NCBI GenBank assembly: GCA_037444405.1
Contig: JBBIML010000031.1
Location: forward strand, 1-34,119
DNA from: Armatimonadota bacterium
GTDB taxonomy: Bacteria > Armatimonadota > Fimbriimonadia > Fimbriimonadales > GBS-DC
Direction: 5' to 3'
Length of the DNA stretch: 34,119 nucleotides
Positions 9,247 through 18,386 of the stretch are shown one piece after another. The first letter of the stretch is position 1; every line of letters begins with the position of its first letter. Below the pieces are notes generated by a model. That model was not told the DNA's origin. It worked only from the letters and a program-made list of their open reading frames with translations, and did no database searches. A program made the translations under genes and the position numbers.

Positions 9247-12200
9247 GGCACCACGCGCGACACGCCGCCCGTCAGCGCGATTCCAATCCACTGCTGGGCG
9301 ACGGCGGTCGTGATGGGGTTGTGCGTCACGATCAGCACCTGCGTGCTTTGCGCCATCTGCTGGAGATGCTCGGCGAAGCGTTGCACATTGCGTCCATCGA
9401 GCGCGGCGTCCACCTCATCCAGCACGCAGAGCGGACTGGGTTTGACATCCATGAAGGCGAACAGCAGGGCGGCGGCGGTCAGCGCGCGCTCGCCGCCAGA
9501 GAGCAGTTCCAGTCGCTGGCGCCGCTTGCCCGGCGGCTGGGCTTCGATCAGCACGCCTGCGCTCAGCGGGTCGCGCACATCGGTCAGGATCAGGTCGGCA
9601 TGCCCGCCTTCAAAGAGCTGCTGGAACCGCTGGCGGAAGGCAACGCGCGCCGCCTCAAAAGTTTCTTCAAACCGCTGGCGTGCGTGGCGGTCGATGTCGC
9701 GCAGGGTGTGTTCGAGCTGCTCACAGGTCTGGAGGAGGTCGTCGCGCTGCTGGGTGAGCGTGGTGATGCGTTCGGTCAGGCGGGCGTACTCGTCGGCGGC
9801 GCCAAGGTTCACCTCGCCCATCGCCTGCACCATTCGGCGCAGCTTCTCAACCGCGGCGCGGGTGACAGGCATGCCCTCACCCCCTGCCCCCTCACCCGCA
9901 CCCTCTCCTGAAGCTTCGGGAGAGGGGATGGGGGTGAGGGCAACACTGTCTCCAAACAGGCGTTGCCACTGCTCGTTAAGTTCGGCGATGCGCACTTCGA
10001 GGCGGGCGGCACGCAGCTCGAGGGCGCGGTCGCGCTCCTGCAGATTCTGAAGAGTCTGCCGATGCTCACGCGCCTGCGCACTGAACTGCAGGCTGTTCTC
10101 CAGATGCTGCTGGCGTTCCGCGCGACGCGCCTCCAACTGCGCCTGAGTGGCTTCGATCTGCTGTAGAAGCGTCTCGCTGTCGTGCTGGAGTCGCTCGCGG
10201 TTCGCCTGAATCTGCGCCTGCTCCTGCTGGACGGCTTGCAGGCGTGCCGCGCGGCTCTGCAGGCGTTGCCGAATCTGTTCCAGCTGCTGCGATTCGCTTT
10301 GCAGGCGAGCGGCGGTCTCTTCCGCTTCGCGCTGGAGCGCCTCGTGTTCGGCTTGCAGGCTGGTGAGGGCTTGCAGGGCAGTGGCGTGCGCCTGCTGGAT
10401 GGCGTCGCGTTCGGTCTGCAGGGCGGCTAAATCGGGCATCGGCTGGGAAGCAAGCTCTGTCGCAATCTGCTGGAGCAGCGCCTGGATGCGGTCGCGCTCC
10501 TGATGCAGCTGGTCGAGCGCGTGTTCGGCACGGGCACGCTCGGCTGCGGCGGCGAGCCGTCGCTGGATGGAATCGTGCAGCGCCTGACGCAGGCTCTCCA
10601 CGCGCTGCCGGGATTCCGCATGCTGCTGGCGCAGGGTGTCCAGCTCGGCTTCCTGTCGGGCATATTCGTGCTGGGCGTCGTGCAGGGCGGTTCGGGCGTC
10701 GTCCAGCTGGCGTTTGAGCGCGAGCATGCTGGCGCGTTCGCTGCCGTGTCTGCCGCCTGTTAGCACCCCGCTGGGCTGAACCAGCTCGCCACTAAGCGTC
10801 ACCATGCGCGGGATTCGCCCGCCAGGCTGGGCGCGGCGCAGGGCTTGTAGGAGGCGGATGGCGTTCTCCAGCGTGTCCACAATCAGCGTGCGGCGCAGCA
10901 GGTGTTGCACCGCGCGTTCGAAGCGCGGCTCATACGCCACCATCTCGGCTGCCCAGCCGAGAACGCCGTCTCCCTCACCCGTACCCTCTCCCCCAGAGGG
11001 GGAGAGGGGTTTAGCAGGCTCTCCCTCGCTCAGGATGTCCAGAGGCAGGAAGGTGAGCCGACCCGATTGGGTGCGGTTGAGCCAGTCGATGGCGGCGCGG
11101 GCTTCGGCTTCGGTGGGCGTGATAATATCGTTCGCGCTGGCGCCCAGCGCGGCTTCAACGGCATGCTGGAGTTCGGGTGGCACGGTCAGGATGCCGCCGA
11201 CGGGATAATATTCGCCCTGCAGTTCGCCCCGTTGCAACGCCTGGAGCAGGCGGCGCACGGCGGGCGACGCGCCCTCACCTGCCTGCAGGCTCGCCGTGAG
11301 CGCCTGTACCCGCGCCTGAAGCTGGCTGATGCGGGCGCTCTGGGCGTTCAACTGCGACTGGCGCGTTTCCAGCTGACGATTCGCCTCCAAATGGTCGGCT
11401 TCTGCCTCGCTCAGTTGCTGGCGGAGCGCATGCTCGTGCGCGAGGGCGGTTTCCAGAGCCTGGGTCGCTCGCTGCAGGCTCGCCTGCGCCACGGGTTCGG
11501 CGTTCTCAATCTCCTGCAAACGCGCCTGCAGAGCGAGCTGTTCACGGCGGCGCTGCTCCCGTTGCGCCTGCGTCTGCAACGCCTGCTGATAGCGGCTCTC
11601 GAAATCCCTGCGAGCCTGCTCCAGCTCGTCCACTCTGGCGCGCGCCTGTTGCAGGCGCGGCAGGTGCTGCTGGAGCGCGGCGCGGGCGGTCTGCAGGCGC
11701 GCCTGCAGCAGGTGGATGGCACGCTCCTGACGGCTCTCTTGCTCGCGGAGTGTGGCGGTCTCCTCCTCAAGGGTCTGCCTCAGCTCCTGCAGGGTGCGCT
11801 CGCGCTCATGCATGGCTTTCAAATCGCCCTGCAGTCGCTCTTCCGCGCTCAGCTGGTTCTGCAGCAGCATCCGCAGGGTTTCCATCTCGGCTTCGAGGCG
11901 GGCGACAATCTGACCTTCCGCTTCTGCCTGATTCTCGCAGAGGGTCAGTTCCTGCTGAACCTGCTCCATCGCCGTGCGCAGTTGCTGGCGTTCGCCGAGC
12001 GTCTGGCGCAGTTGCTGATGGAGCTGGGCGAGTTCTTGCTGGAGCAGCTGGCGCTCCATCTGGCGCAGTTGCTGTTGCAGCTGGCGGTAGAGCAGGGCGC
12101 GCTCCGCTTGCTCGCGCAGGGGTTCGCGCTGGCGCTCCAGCTCGCGCAACACATCCTCCACGCGCTGCAGATGGATTCGGGTTGATTCGAGGTCGCGCAC

Positions 12201-12737
12201 GGTGTCGCGTCGGCGGTGGCGGTAGAAGGCGATGCCCGCCAGCTCTTCGAGCCAGCGGCGTCGCTCTTCGGGTTCGGCGGTCAGGAAGGCTTCAATTTCG
12301 CCCTGCCCGACAATCGCGTAGCCGCCGCGCCCCAGCCCCGTGTTGGCGAACAGCTCCGCCACCTCGCGCAGGCGGGCAGGCGTGCGATTGATCCAGCACT
12401 CCCACTCACCCGAGCGATACAGGCGGCGCGTGATCTGAACCTCGTCCACATCGAGCGGCAGCCAGCGCGACTCGTTATTGAACCAGAGGGCGACCTCCGC
12501 CATGCCGAGCGGCTTCTCGGTGCTGGAGCCGCTGAACAGCACTTCGGTCGGCGTGGCGGCTCGCAGCGAGCGCACGCTGACCTCGCCCAGCGCCCACACA
12601 ATCGCGTCGACGAGGTTGCTCTTGCCGCATCCGTTCGGACCGACCACCGCGACGAGATCGTGGCTGAGTTCGATCTCCACGCGCTGGGCGAAGGTCTTGA
12701 AGCCGTGGATTCGGATTCGTGTCAGCGTCCGTGCCAT
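9111..12737 (-). CDS. smc: Chromosome segregation protein SMC
   Basis: GFKTF, Walker A GPNGCGKSN, long coiled coils, hinge GRLTFLPL, signature LSGGE, Walker B LDEVDAALD. Confidence 0.95.
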   Translation of the reverse strand: MARTLTRIRIHGFKTFAQRVEIELSHDLVAVVGPNGCGKSNLVDAIVWALGEVSVRSLRAATPTEVLFSGSSTEKPLGMAEVALWFNNESRWLPLDVDEVQITRRLYRSGEWECWINRTPARLREVAELFANTGLGRGGYAIVGQGEIEAFLTAEPEERRRWLEELAGIAFYRHRRRDTVRDLESTRIHLQRVEDVLRELERQREPLREQAERALLYRQLQQQLRQMERQLLQQELAQLHQQLRQTLGERQQLRTAMEQVQQELTLCENQAEAEGQIVARLEAEMETLRMLLQNQLSAEERLQGDLKAMHERERTLQELRQTLEEETATLREQESRQERAIHLLQARLQTARAALQQHLPRLQQARARVDELEQARRDFESRYQQALQTQAQREQRRREQLALQARLQEIENAEPVAQASLQRATQALETALAHEHALRQQLSEAEADHLEANRQLETRQSQLNAQSARISQLQARVQALTASLQAGEGASPAVRRLLQALQRGELQGEYYPVGGILTVPPELQHAVEAALGASANDIITPTEAEARAAIDWLNRTQSGRLTFLPLDILSEGEPAKPLSPSGGEGTGEGDGVLGWAAEMVAYEPRFERAVQHLLRRTLIVDTLENAIRLLQALRRAQPGGRIPRMVTLSGELVQPSGVLTGGRHGSERASMLALKRQLDDARTALHDAQHEYARQEAELDTLRQQHAESRQRVESLRQALHDSIQRRLAAAAERARAEHALDQLHQERDRIQALLQQIATELASQPMPDLAALQTERDAIQQAHATALQALTSLQAEHEALQREAEETAARLQSESQQLEQIRQRLQSRAARLQAVQQEQAQIQANRERLQHDSETLLQQIEATQAQLEARRAERQQHLENSLQFSAQAREHRQTLQNLQERDRALELRAARLEVRIAELNEQWQRLFGDSVALTPIPSPEASGEGAGEGAGGEGMPVTRAAVEKLRRMVQAMGEVNLGAADEYARLTERITTLTQQRDDLLQTCEQLEHTLRDIDRHARQRFEETFEAARVAFRQRFQQLFEGGHADLILTDVRDPLSAGVLIEAQPPGKRRQRLELLSGGERALTAAALLFAFMDVKPSPLCVLDEVDAALDGRNVQRFAEHLQQMAQSTQVLIVTHNPITTAVAQQWIGIALTGGVSRVVPYVPRLPESETDGIDRRRAVIQLQSQPIPEPTAAPISQLHSTSEG
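9864..9950. repeat. 87-bp palindromic element in frame in the smc C-terminal coiled-coil region
   Basis: 21-bp imperfect terminal inverted repeats with a 13-bp perfect core (9872-9884/9930-9942) around hairpin CCCTCTCCTGAAGCTTCGGGAGAGGG. Confidence 0.85.
10972..11027. repeat. Palindromic element in frame in the smc hinge region
   Basis: CCCTCACCCGTACCCTCTCCCCCAGAGGGGGAGAGGGG, near-identical to 5762-5804. Confidence 0.8.
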
Positions 12738-12801
12738 CGTTCTGGTATCCTGACAGGGAGTTTCGCGCCTGCTGGCGCGTTTCCTGCAATCTGGGGGATA
12801 A

Positions 12802-12918
12802 GTTGCCCCTCACCCCTACCCCTCTCCCACGCTGTGGGAGAGGGGAGCGACGCGCGCATGCAAAATCCCCTACGCCCGAAGCTGCAGAAGAGGGGACACC
12901 GGGGGTGGGGACACCAAC
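12802..12918. repeat. Intergenic inverted pair of the same palindromic element family
   Basis: GTTGCCCCTCACCCCTA plus a 12-bp stem (12819-12830/12834-12845), then a degenerate inverted copy at 12866-12918. Confidence 0.8.
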
Positions 12919-12921
12919 AAC

Positions 12922-13047
12922 TGAAACACCTCGAGCGCCACTATGCGCATAGCCAGGTAGCGTACCGAGAGCTTGCATCCCTCCAGCCACTGTCCAGCGA
13001 AAGGCGCGCTCTGAACCGCTGGCGTTGTAGGCGGAACCTACGACCAC
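12922..13047 (-). pseudogene. Remnant of an HAF extracellular-repeat protein gene (about one repeat unit)
   Basis: VVGSAYNASGSERAFRWTVAGGMQALGTLPGYAHSGARGVS; no signal peptide or RBS; runs into the repeat element. Confidence 0.65.
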
Positions 13048-13055
13048 TTGAGGAT

Positions 13056-14321
13056 TCAGGTTGAACCGATGTCGGTGCGGAAGTGCATGCCGTCGAAGTG
13101 GATTTGTTCGACGGCGCGGTAGGCGTTCTGGCGGGCTTCGGGGAGGGTGTCGCCCAGCCCGACCACATTCAGCACGCGCCCGCCGCTGGTGACGATGCGC
13201 CCCTCCTGCAGACGCGTGCCCGCGTGGAAAATCAGCACATCGGGCATCTGCTGGGCGCGCTCCAGCCCCTCGATGGGCAGACCGGTGCGGTAGTCACCCG
13301 GGTAGCCGCCCGATGTCAGCACGACGCACACCGCCGCGCGCGCCTCAAACGCCACGCGCATCTCGCCCAGCCTGCCCGCCACCACCGCCTGCGCAATCGC
13401 CACCAGATCGGTCTGGAGCAGGGGCAGCAGCACCTGCGCTTCGGGGTCGCCAAAGCGACAATTGAACTCCAGCGTGCAGGGCTGTTCGTTGACAATCATT
13501 AATCCAGCGTAGAGGACGCCCTGATAGGGCGTGCCGCGCCCGGCGAGCGCCCGCACGACAGGCTGAACAATCTGCTGAACAGCTTGCTCCAGCAGGGCGG
13601 GCGTGGCGTCGGGCACGGGCGTGAAGCAGCCCATTCCGCCCGTGTTCGGACCCCGATCGGCGTCGAAGGCGCGTTTGTAGTCGCGCACGGGCGGCATCGG
13701 GCACACCGCCTGACCATCGGTGAAGCAGAGCAACGACAGTTCGCGCCCGTACAGGCGGTCTTCGATGACCACGCGCGCTCCCGCCTCGCCCAGCCCGCGC
13801 TGCTCCATCAGGAACTCCACCGCATCCAGCGCGTCCTGAAGCGTCTCACACACGAACGCGCCCTTGCCCAGCGCCTCACCATCCGCCTTGACCACACATT
13901 TCTGATAGGCGAAGCGTTCCTGCAGGTAGCGTCGGGCTTCGGCGGGGTCGTCGAAGGCGCGGAACGGCGCGGTGGGCACGCCGAGTTCCGCCATGAGCTG
14001 TTTGGCGAATGCCTTACTGCCTTCCAGGCGGGCAGCGGCGCGTGAAGGACCGAAGCAGGGGATGCCGCTCTCCTGCAAGGTGTCTGCAAGTCCCGCAATC
14101 AGCGGCGATTCGGGACCGACCACCACCAGATCGATGCGTTGCTCGCGGGCGAATCGCACCAGCGCGGGGATGTCTTTGGGCGGGATGGGGATGCACTCGG
14201 CGATGGCGGCGATGCCCGCGTTGCCGGGCGCAACGAACAGCCGCTCGCAACTCTGGCTTTGAGCCAGTTTCCATGCGAGCGCGTGTTCGCGTCCACCGCC
14301 GCCAACTAACAGAAGGCGCAT
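13056..14321 (-). CDS. purD: Phosphoribosylamine--glycine ligase
   Basis: GGGGREHALAW, LEGSKAFAK, GPNTGGMG, EFNCRFGDPE, TSGGRVL. Confidence 0.95.
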   Translation of the reverse strand: MRLLLVGGGGREHALAWKLAQSQSCERLFVAPGNAGIAAIAECIPIPPKDIPALVRFAREQRIDLVVVGPESPLIAGLADTLQESGIPCFGPSRAAARLEGSKAFAKQLMAELGVPTAPFRAFDDPAEARRYLQERFAYQKCVVKADGEALGKGAFVCETLQDALDAVEFLMEQRGLGEAGARVVIEDRLYGRELSLLCFTDGQAVCPMPPVRDYKRAFDADRGPNTGGMGCFTPVPDATPALLEQAVQQIVQPVVRALAGRGTPYQGVLYAGLMIVNEQPCTLEFNCRFGDPEAQVLLPLLQTDLVAIAQAVVAGRLGEMRVAFEARAAVCVVLTSGGYPGDYRTGLPIEGLERAQQMPDVLIFHAGTRLQEGRIVTSGGRVLNVVGLGDTLPEARQNAYRAVEQIHFDGMHFRTDIGST

Positions 14322-14717
14322 CTACCGCTTGACATACTGGAACCCGCGTCGGGCGCCGTGTCGTCCGTACTTCTTGCGCTCCTTCTCGCGGGCGTCGCGG
14401 GTAAGCAAGCCGTTCTGCTTGAGAATGGGGCGAAATTCGGGGTTGACCTGCAACAGGGCGCGGGCGATGCCCAGCCGGATCGCGCCTGCCTGACCCGACA
14501 GCCCGCCCCCGCGCACGGTCGCCATCACATCGTATTGCCCTTCCAGCCCCAGCAGGCGCAACGGCTGCTGCACGATTCGCTGAAGGGTTAGCCGCCGCAG
14601 GTAATCCGGCGCCTCACGCCCGTTAATCACAATCCTGCCGGTGCCGGGCATCAGCCACACACGCGCCGATGCGGTCTTCCGACGCCCCGTGCCATAATAA
14701 CGAACCTGTTCCGCCAT
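14322..14717 (-). CDS. rpsI: 30S ribosomal protein S9
   Basis: [27 protein letters not shown]. Confidence 0.97.
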   Translation of the reverse strand: MAEQVRYYGTGRRKTASARVWLMPGTGRIVINGREAPDYLRRLTLQRIVQQPLRLLGLEGQYDVMATVRGGGLSGQAGAIRLGIARALLQVNPEFRPILKQNGLLTRDAREKERKKYGRHGARRGFQYVKR

Positions 14718-14735
14718 CGTCTGTGTTCACCTCGC

Positions 14736-15167
14736 TCAGAGTTCATACGGTTGCGGCTGCTGGGCGGCATGGGGATGCTCCGCGCCCCGATAGATGCGCA
14801 GACGCTTCAGCATGCGGTCGCGCAGTTTGTTCTTGGGCAGCATGCCGCTAATGACCCGTTCCAGCAGTGCCTCCGGGCTTTTCTCAAACAGCTGTTTGCG
14901 CGTGTACGCCCGCAGACCGCCCGGATACATCGTGTGATGGTAAAGCATCTCCTGCCACTTTCTGCCTGTGAAGACCACTTTTTCAGCGTTCAGAATAATC
15001 ACATGGTCGCCCACATCCATGTGGGGGGTGTAGATGGGCTTGTGTTTGCCCTGCAGCAGGCGTGCGACCTGGGCGGCGAGCCGCCCGGCGGGTTTGCCCG
15101 CTGCATCCACGACCCACCATGTGCGCGTGATCTCCTCTGGTTTCGCCGTGTATGTACGCTGTCTCAT
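14736..15167 (-). CDS. rplM: 50S ribosomal protein L13
   Basis: WWVVDA, GKHKPIYTPH, GMLPKN; AAGGAGG before ATG 15167 (the ORF-track start is over-extended). Confidence 0.97.
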   Translation of the reverse strand: MRQRTYTAKPEEITRTWWVVDAAGKPAGRLAAQVARLLQGKHKPIYTPHMDVGDHVIILNAEKVVFTGRKWQEMLYHHTMYPGGLRAYTRKQLFEKSPEALLERVISGMLPKNKLRDRMLKRLRIYRGAEHPHAAQQPQPYEL

Positions 15168-15193
15168 CGTTGCCTCCTTCGTTGCGAACCGAG

Positions 15194-15922
15194 TCAATAT
15201 TTTACCCGAATCAGGCACAGTCCCTGTGGGGGCGCCATCGTGGTGACGCGCCGTCCGCTTTGCAGGCGTTCGTAGAGCGCGTCGGGATGCAGGCGTCCGC
15301 GTCCGACCAGCAGCAGGCTTCCCACGATCAGGCGCACCATACCCCGCAGAAAGCCGCTGCCCTCCAGCTCGATCTGAATGCTGTCGCGCGTGCGTCGCAC
15401 GGCGGTGCGATAGAGCGTGCGGATGGTCGTCTGCTCGTCGGGCGTTTTGATGCTGAAGGCGCGGAAGTCGTGCGTGCCTTCCAGCCGCTGCAACGCCTGC
15501 TGCATCCGTTCGGTGTCGAGCGGATAGGGGTAGTGATAGGCGTAGCGGATGCGCCACACGGACGGGTGCGGGCGCGTGTAGAGCGTGTAGCGATAGAGAC
15601 GGCTGCGGGCGGAATGGCGGGCGTGGAACTCCGGCGACGCCTCCGATGCGCGAAGCACCTTCAGATCGGGTGGCAGCCGCCGATTGAGCGCGGGCACAAG
15701 CCGTTCGGTGGGGATGGGACGAGCGGTGAAGAAGTTGACCACCTGCCCGCGCGCATGCACGCCTGCGTCGGTGCGGCTCGCGCCAATCACCTGCACTGGC
15801 TCCTTCAGAAGCGCCTGCAGGGCGGTCTCCAGCACGCCCTGCACGGTACGGGCATCTTTCTGGCGGGCGAAACCGTGAAAGTCGGTGCCGTCATACTCCA
15901 CGAGCAGTCGCAGGTTGCGCAT
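15194..15922 (-). CDS. truA: tRNA pseudouridine(38-40) synthase
   Basis: YDGTDFHG, SRTDAGVHA, GTHDFRAF, FLRGMVR. Confidence 0.95.
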   Translation of the reverse strand: MRNLRLLVEYDGTDFHGFARQKDARTVQGVLETALQALLKEPVQVIGASRTDAGVHARGQVVNFFTARPIPTERLVPALNRRLPPDLKVLRASEASPEFHARHSARSRLYRYTLYTRPHPSVWRIRYAYHYPYPLDTERMQQALQRLEGTHDFRAFSIKTPDEQTTIRTLYRTAVRRTRDSIQIELEGSGFLRGMVRLIVGSLLLVGRGRLHPDALYERLQSGRRVTTMAPPQGLCLIRVKY

Positions 15923-16008
15923 CTACTCGACCCGCTCCAACATTCTGCTGGGGCGTGGACGCCCCAGCCACGCAACAGAGTTGCGCATCTACTCGACCAG
16001 CTCCAGCA
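15914..16008. repeat. 29-bp direct duplication (2 mismatches, period 66) flanking a REP-like hairpin
   Basis: GTTGCGCATCTACTCGACC(C/A)GCTCCA(A/G)CA at 15914-15942 and 15980-16008; 10-bp stem at 15947-15956/15959-15968. Confidence 0.9.
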
Positions 16009-16342
16009 CGGCGGTCTCGGCAGCATCGCCGCGTCGGACGCCGATTCGCACGATGCGCGTGTAGCCGCCGTTGCGGTTGCGATAGCGCGGACCGATGTTA
16101 TCGAACAGGTGCTTGACCAGGCTTTCGTCGTTGAGGAATCGTCGCGCCTGGCGCCGTGCATGCAGGCTGTCCTGTTTTGCCAGCGTGATCATGCGTTCGG
16201 CGAGCCGTCGCGCCTCCTTTGCCCGTGGCACCGTGGTCACGATGCGCTCGTTAATCAGCAGGGAGCGCACCAGGTTCCGCAGCATTGCGCGGCGATGGTC
16301 GCTCGCGCGTCCCAGTTTTCGGTAGCCAGCGCCGTGGTTCAT
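15989..16342 (-). CDS. rplQ: 50S ribosomal protein L17
   Basis: [25 protein letters not shown]. Confidence 0.97.
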   Translation of the reverse strand: MNHGAGYRKLGRASDHRRAMLRNLVRSLLINERIVTTVPRAKEARRLAERMITLAKQDSLHARRQARRFLNDESLVKHLFDNIGPRYRNRNGGYTRIVRIGVRRGDAAETAVLELVE

Positions 16343-17310
16343 CGCGTTTTTCGCCTCCTTCCTTCCTTGCGCAGCTCCAGTCCCATCGCCTGCAGGCGTT
16401 CCTCCAGTTCCTGGAGGGCTTTATCCCCCAGGTTGCGCACCTCGCTCAGCTGCTCGCGCGTGCGGTTGAGCAGCTGGTGCAGCGTGGTGATGTTGGCGGA
16501 TCGCAGCGCATTAATAATGCGCGTGGACAGCCCTATCTCTTCCAGCGGTCGGTCAGGCACGCCAAATGAGCCGATCTCGGGGGCGGAGACGGCGATCTCG
16601 GTGGGCAGTTCATCCATGCTGATGCTGGTGAGCAGTTCGAACTGGTCGCGCAGGATTTGCGCGGCGCGTTGAACGGCTTCGACGGGGTGCATCGCGCCGT
16701 TCGTCCACACCTCCAGAATCAGGCGGTCGTAGTCGGTGCGCTCGCCGACCAGCGTCTGCTCCACCAGGAAGTTCACCTTGCGCACAGGGTTGAACAGGGC
16801 ATTCAGGCGGATCAAGCCGATTTGCCCGCGTTCGCGCTCGCGCTTGATGGCAGGCACGAAGCCGCGCCCCATCTCCACCAGAATCTCGGCGTTGATCGAC
16901 GCGCCCACATCGCTTAGCGTCGCCAAATAGAGCTCGGGGTTCACAATCTCGATATCGGCGGGACACTGGATGTCGGCAGCATGCACGCGCCCGGGTCCCT
17001 GCACATTCAGGCGCAGGGTGTAGTGGCTCAGCGGGTGCAGGCTGTTGACGCGCAGGGCGACATTCTTGAGGTTGAGCAGGAACTGCAGCACATCCTCTTT
17101 CATGCCGGGGATGGTGTCGAACTCGTGCAGCACGCCCTCGATACGCACGCCCGTGATGGCAGCGCCTTCGATGGAGGACAGCAGCACGCGCCGCAGGGCG
17201 TTCCCCAGTGTGGTGCCGTAGCCCTGCTCCAGCGGCTCCACCTCGAACTTGCCGTAGGCGTCATCCGCCCGAATGACCCGCACCTGTGGCTGTACCATCT
17301 CTCGAACCAT
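16339..17310 (-). CDS. rpoA: RNA polymerase alpha subunit
   Basis: [27 protein letters not shown], alpha-CTD; AAGGAGG before ATG 17310. Confidence 0.97.
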   Translation of the reverse strand: MVREMVQPQVRVIRADDAYGKFEVEPLEQGYGTTLGNALRRVLLSSIEGAAITGVRIEGVLHEFDTIPGMKEDVLQFLLNLKNVALRVNSLHPLSHYTLRLNVQGPGRVHAADIQCPADIEIVNPELYLATLSDVGASINAEILVEMGRGFVPAIKRERERGQIGLIRLNALFNPVRKVNFLVEQTLVGERTDYDRLILEVWTNGAMHPVEAVQRAAQILRDQFELLTSISMDELPTEIAVSAPEIGSFGVPDRPLEEIGLSTRIINALRSANITTLHQLLNRTREQLSEVRNLGDKALQELEERLQAMGLELRKEGRRRKTR

Positions 17311-17323
17311 AGCGTTTGCCTCC

Positions 17324-17956
17324 TTATCGGCTGTAGAACTCGATAATCTTCTGCAGATCGACATTGGTGTCGACCTGTTCGCGTTCGGGTAGTTGCACGA
17401 CGACGCCCTGCTGGGTTTCGGGGTTGTAGCGCAGCCATGCGGGCGGGTTGGTCTCGGCGGCGCGGGCGAGCGCCTGCTTGCCCAGCGCCGTATCGCGCTT
17501 CGACTCATGCAGGGCAATCACATCGCCGGGGCGCACCTGATAGGAGGGGATGTTGACCCTGCGCCCGTTGACGGTGATGAAGCGGTGGCTGACCATCTGG
17601 CGGGCTTGCCCGCGCGAGGCGGCGAATCCGAGCCGGTAGACCACATTGTCGAGGCGCGTCTCCAGCTGACGCAGCAGCACCTCGCCCGTGACGCCGCGCT
17701 GGCGCTGGGCTTCTTCCACATAGCGGCGGAACTGCGCCTCGCGCAGCTGGTAAATCTGGCGCAGTTTCTGCTTCTCACGCAGCTGCTCGCCGTATTCGCT
17801 CAATTTGCGGTCGCGCGTGCGGGGTCCGTGCTGACCGGGCGGGAAGTTGCGCCGTTCAAGGGCGCACTTTCTGGTGTAGCAGCGGTCGCCCTTCAAAAAG
17901 AGCTTGACTCCTGCGCGACGACACATTTTGCATTTCGCTTCCCAGATAACCGACAT
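17324..17956 (-). CDS. rpsD: 30S ribosomal protein S4 (Cys-containing zinc type)
   Basis: [29 protein letters not shown]. Confidence 0.97.
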   Translation of the reverse strand: MSVIWEAKCKMCRRAGVKLFLKGDRCYTRKCALERRNFPPGQHGPRTRDRKLSEYGEQLREKQKLRQIYQLREAQFRRYVEEAQRQRGVTGEVLLRQLETRLDNVVYRLGFAASRGQARQMVSHRFITVNGRRVNIPSYQVRPGDVIALHESKRDTALGKQALARAAETNPPAWLRYNPETQQGVVVQLPEREQVDTNVDLQKIIEFYSR

Positions 17957-17974
17957 AACAGGCTTCCTCCTTGC

Positions 17975-18370
17975 TTATACGCGGCGCCGTTTGGGCGGTC
18001 GGCAGCCGTTGTGCGGGATGGGCGTTACATCTTTGATGGAGAGGATTTCCAGACCGGCGGCTTGCAGCGAGCGGATAGCCGTCTCGCGTCCCGGGCCGGG
18101 TCCCTTGACCATCACATCGACCTTGCGCACGCCGTGTTCCATCGCGGCGCGGGCGGCGCGCTCCGCCGCCAGCTGCGCGGCGAAGGGCGTGCCCTTCTTG
18201 GTGCCCTTGAAGCCCACCGTGCCGCCGCTCGCCCACGAGATGGCATTGCCCTTAACATCGGTGATGGTAACAATCGTGTTGTTGAAGGTCGCCTGGATAT
18301 GGGCGACGCCGTGCGTGATGTTTTTACGCTCCCGTTTCTGTGCCACTCCGGCTCGTGCTTTGCGTGCCAT
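17975..18370 (-). CDS. rpsK: 30S ribosomal protein S11
   Basis: [23 protein letters not shown]. Confidence 0.97.
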   Translation of the reverse strand: MARKARAGVAQKRERKNITHGVAHIQATFNNTIVTITDVKGNAISWASGGTVGFKGTKKGTPFAAQLAAERAARAAMEHGVRKVDVMVKGPGPGRETAIRSLQAAGLEILSIKDVTPIPHNGCRPPKRRRV

Positions 18371-18386
18371 AATCGTTCCCTCTCAC

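Noticed and set aside
9864..11027. SMC inserts as inteins or introns
   Set aside because: Far too short; no Cys/Ser...His-Asn splice residues or group I/II intron features.
12475..13047. 190-aa minus-strand ORF as a real gene
   Set aside because: Chimera of the HAF fragment, repeat DNA and an off-frame reading of the smc start; no RBS.
15152..16672. 506-aa plus-strand ORF and other long antisense ORFs (3086-4255, 10902-12185, 17904-19241, 23432-24670, 24759-26000, 32729-33961)
   Set aside because: Shadow frames of well-supported genes, expected from high-GC codon bias; no recognisable motifs.
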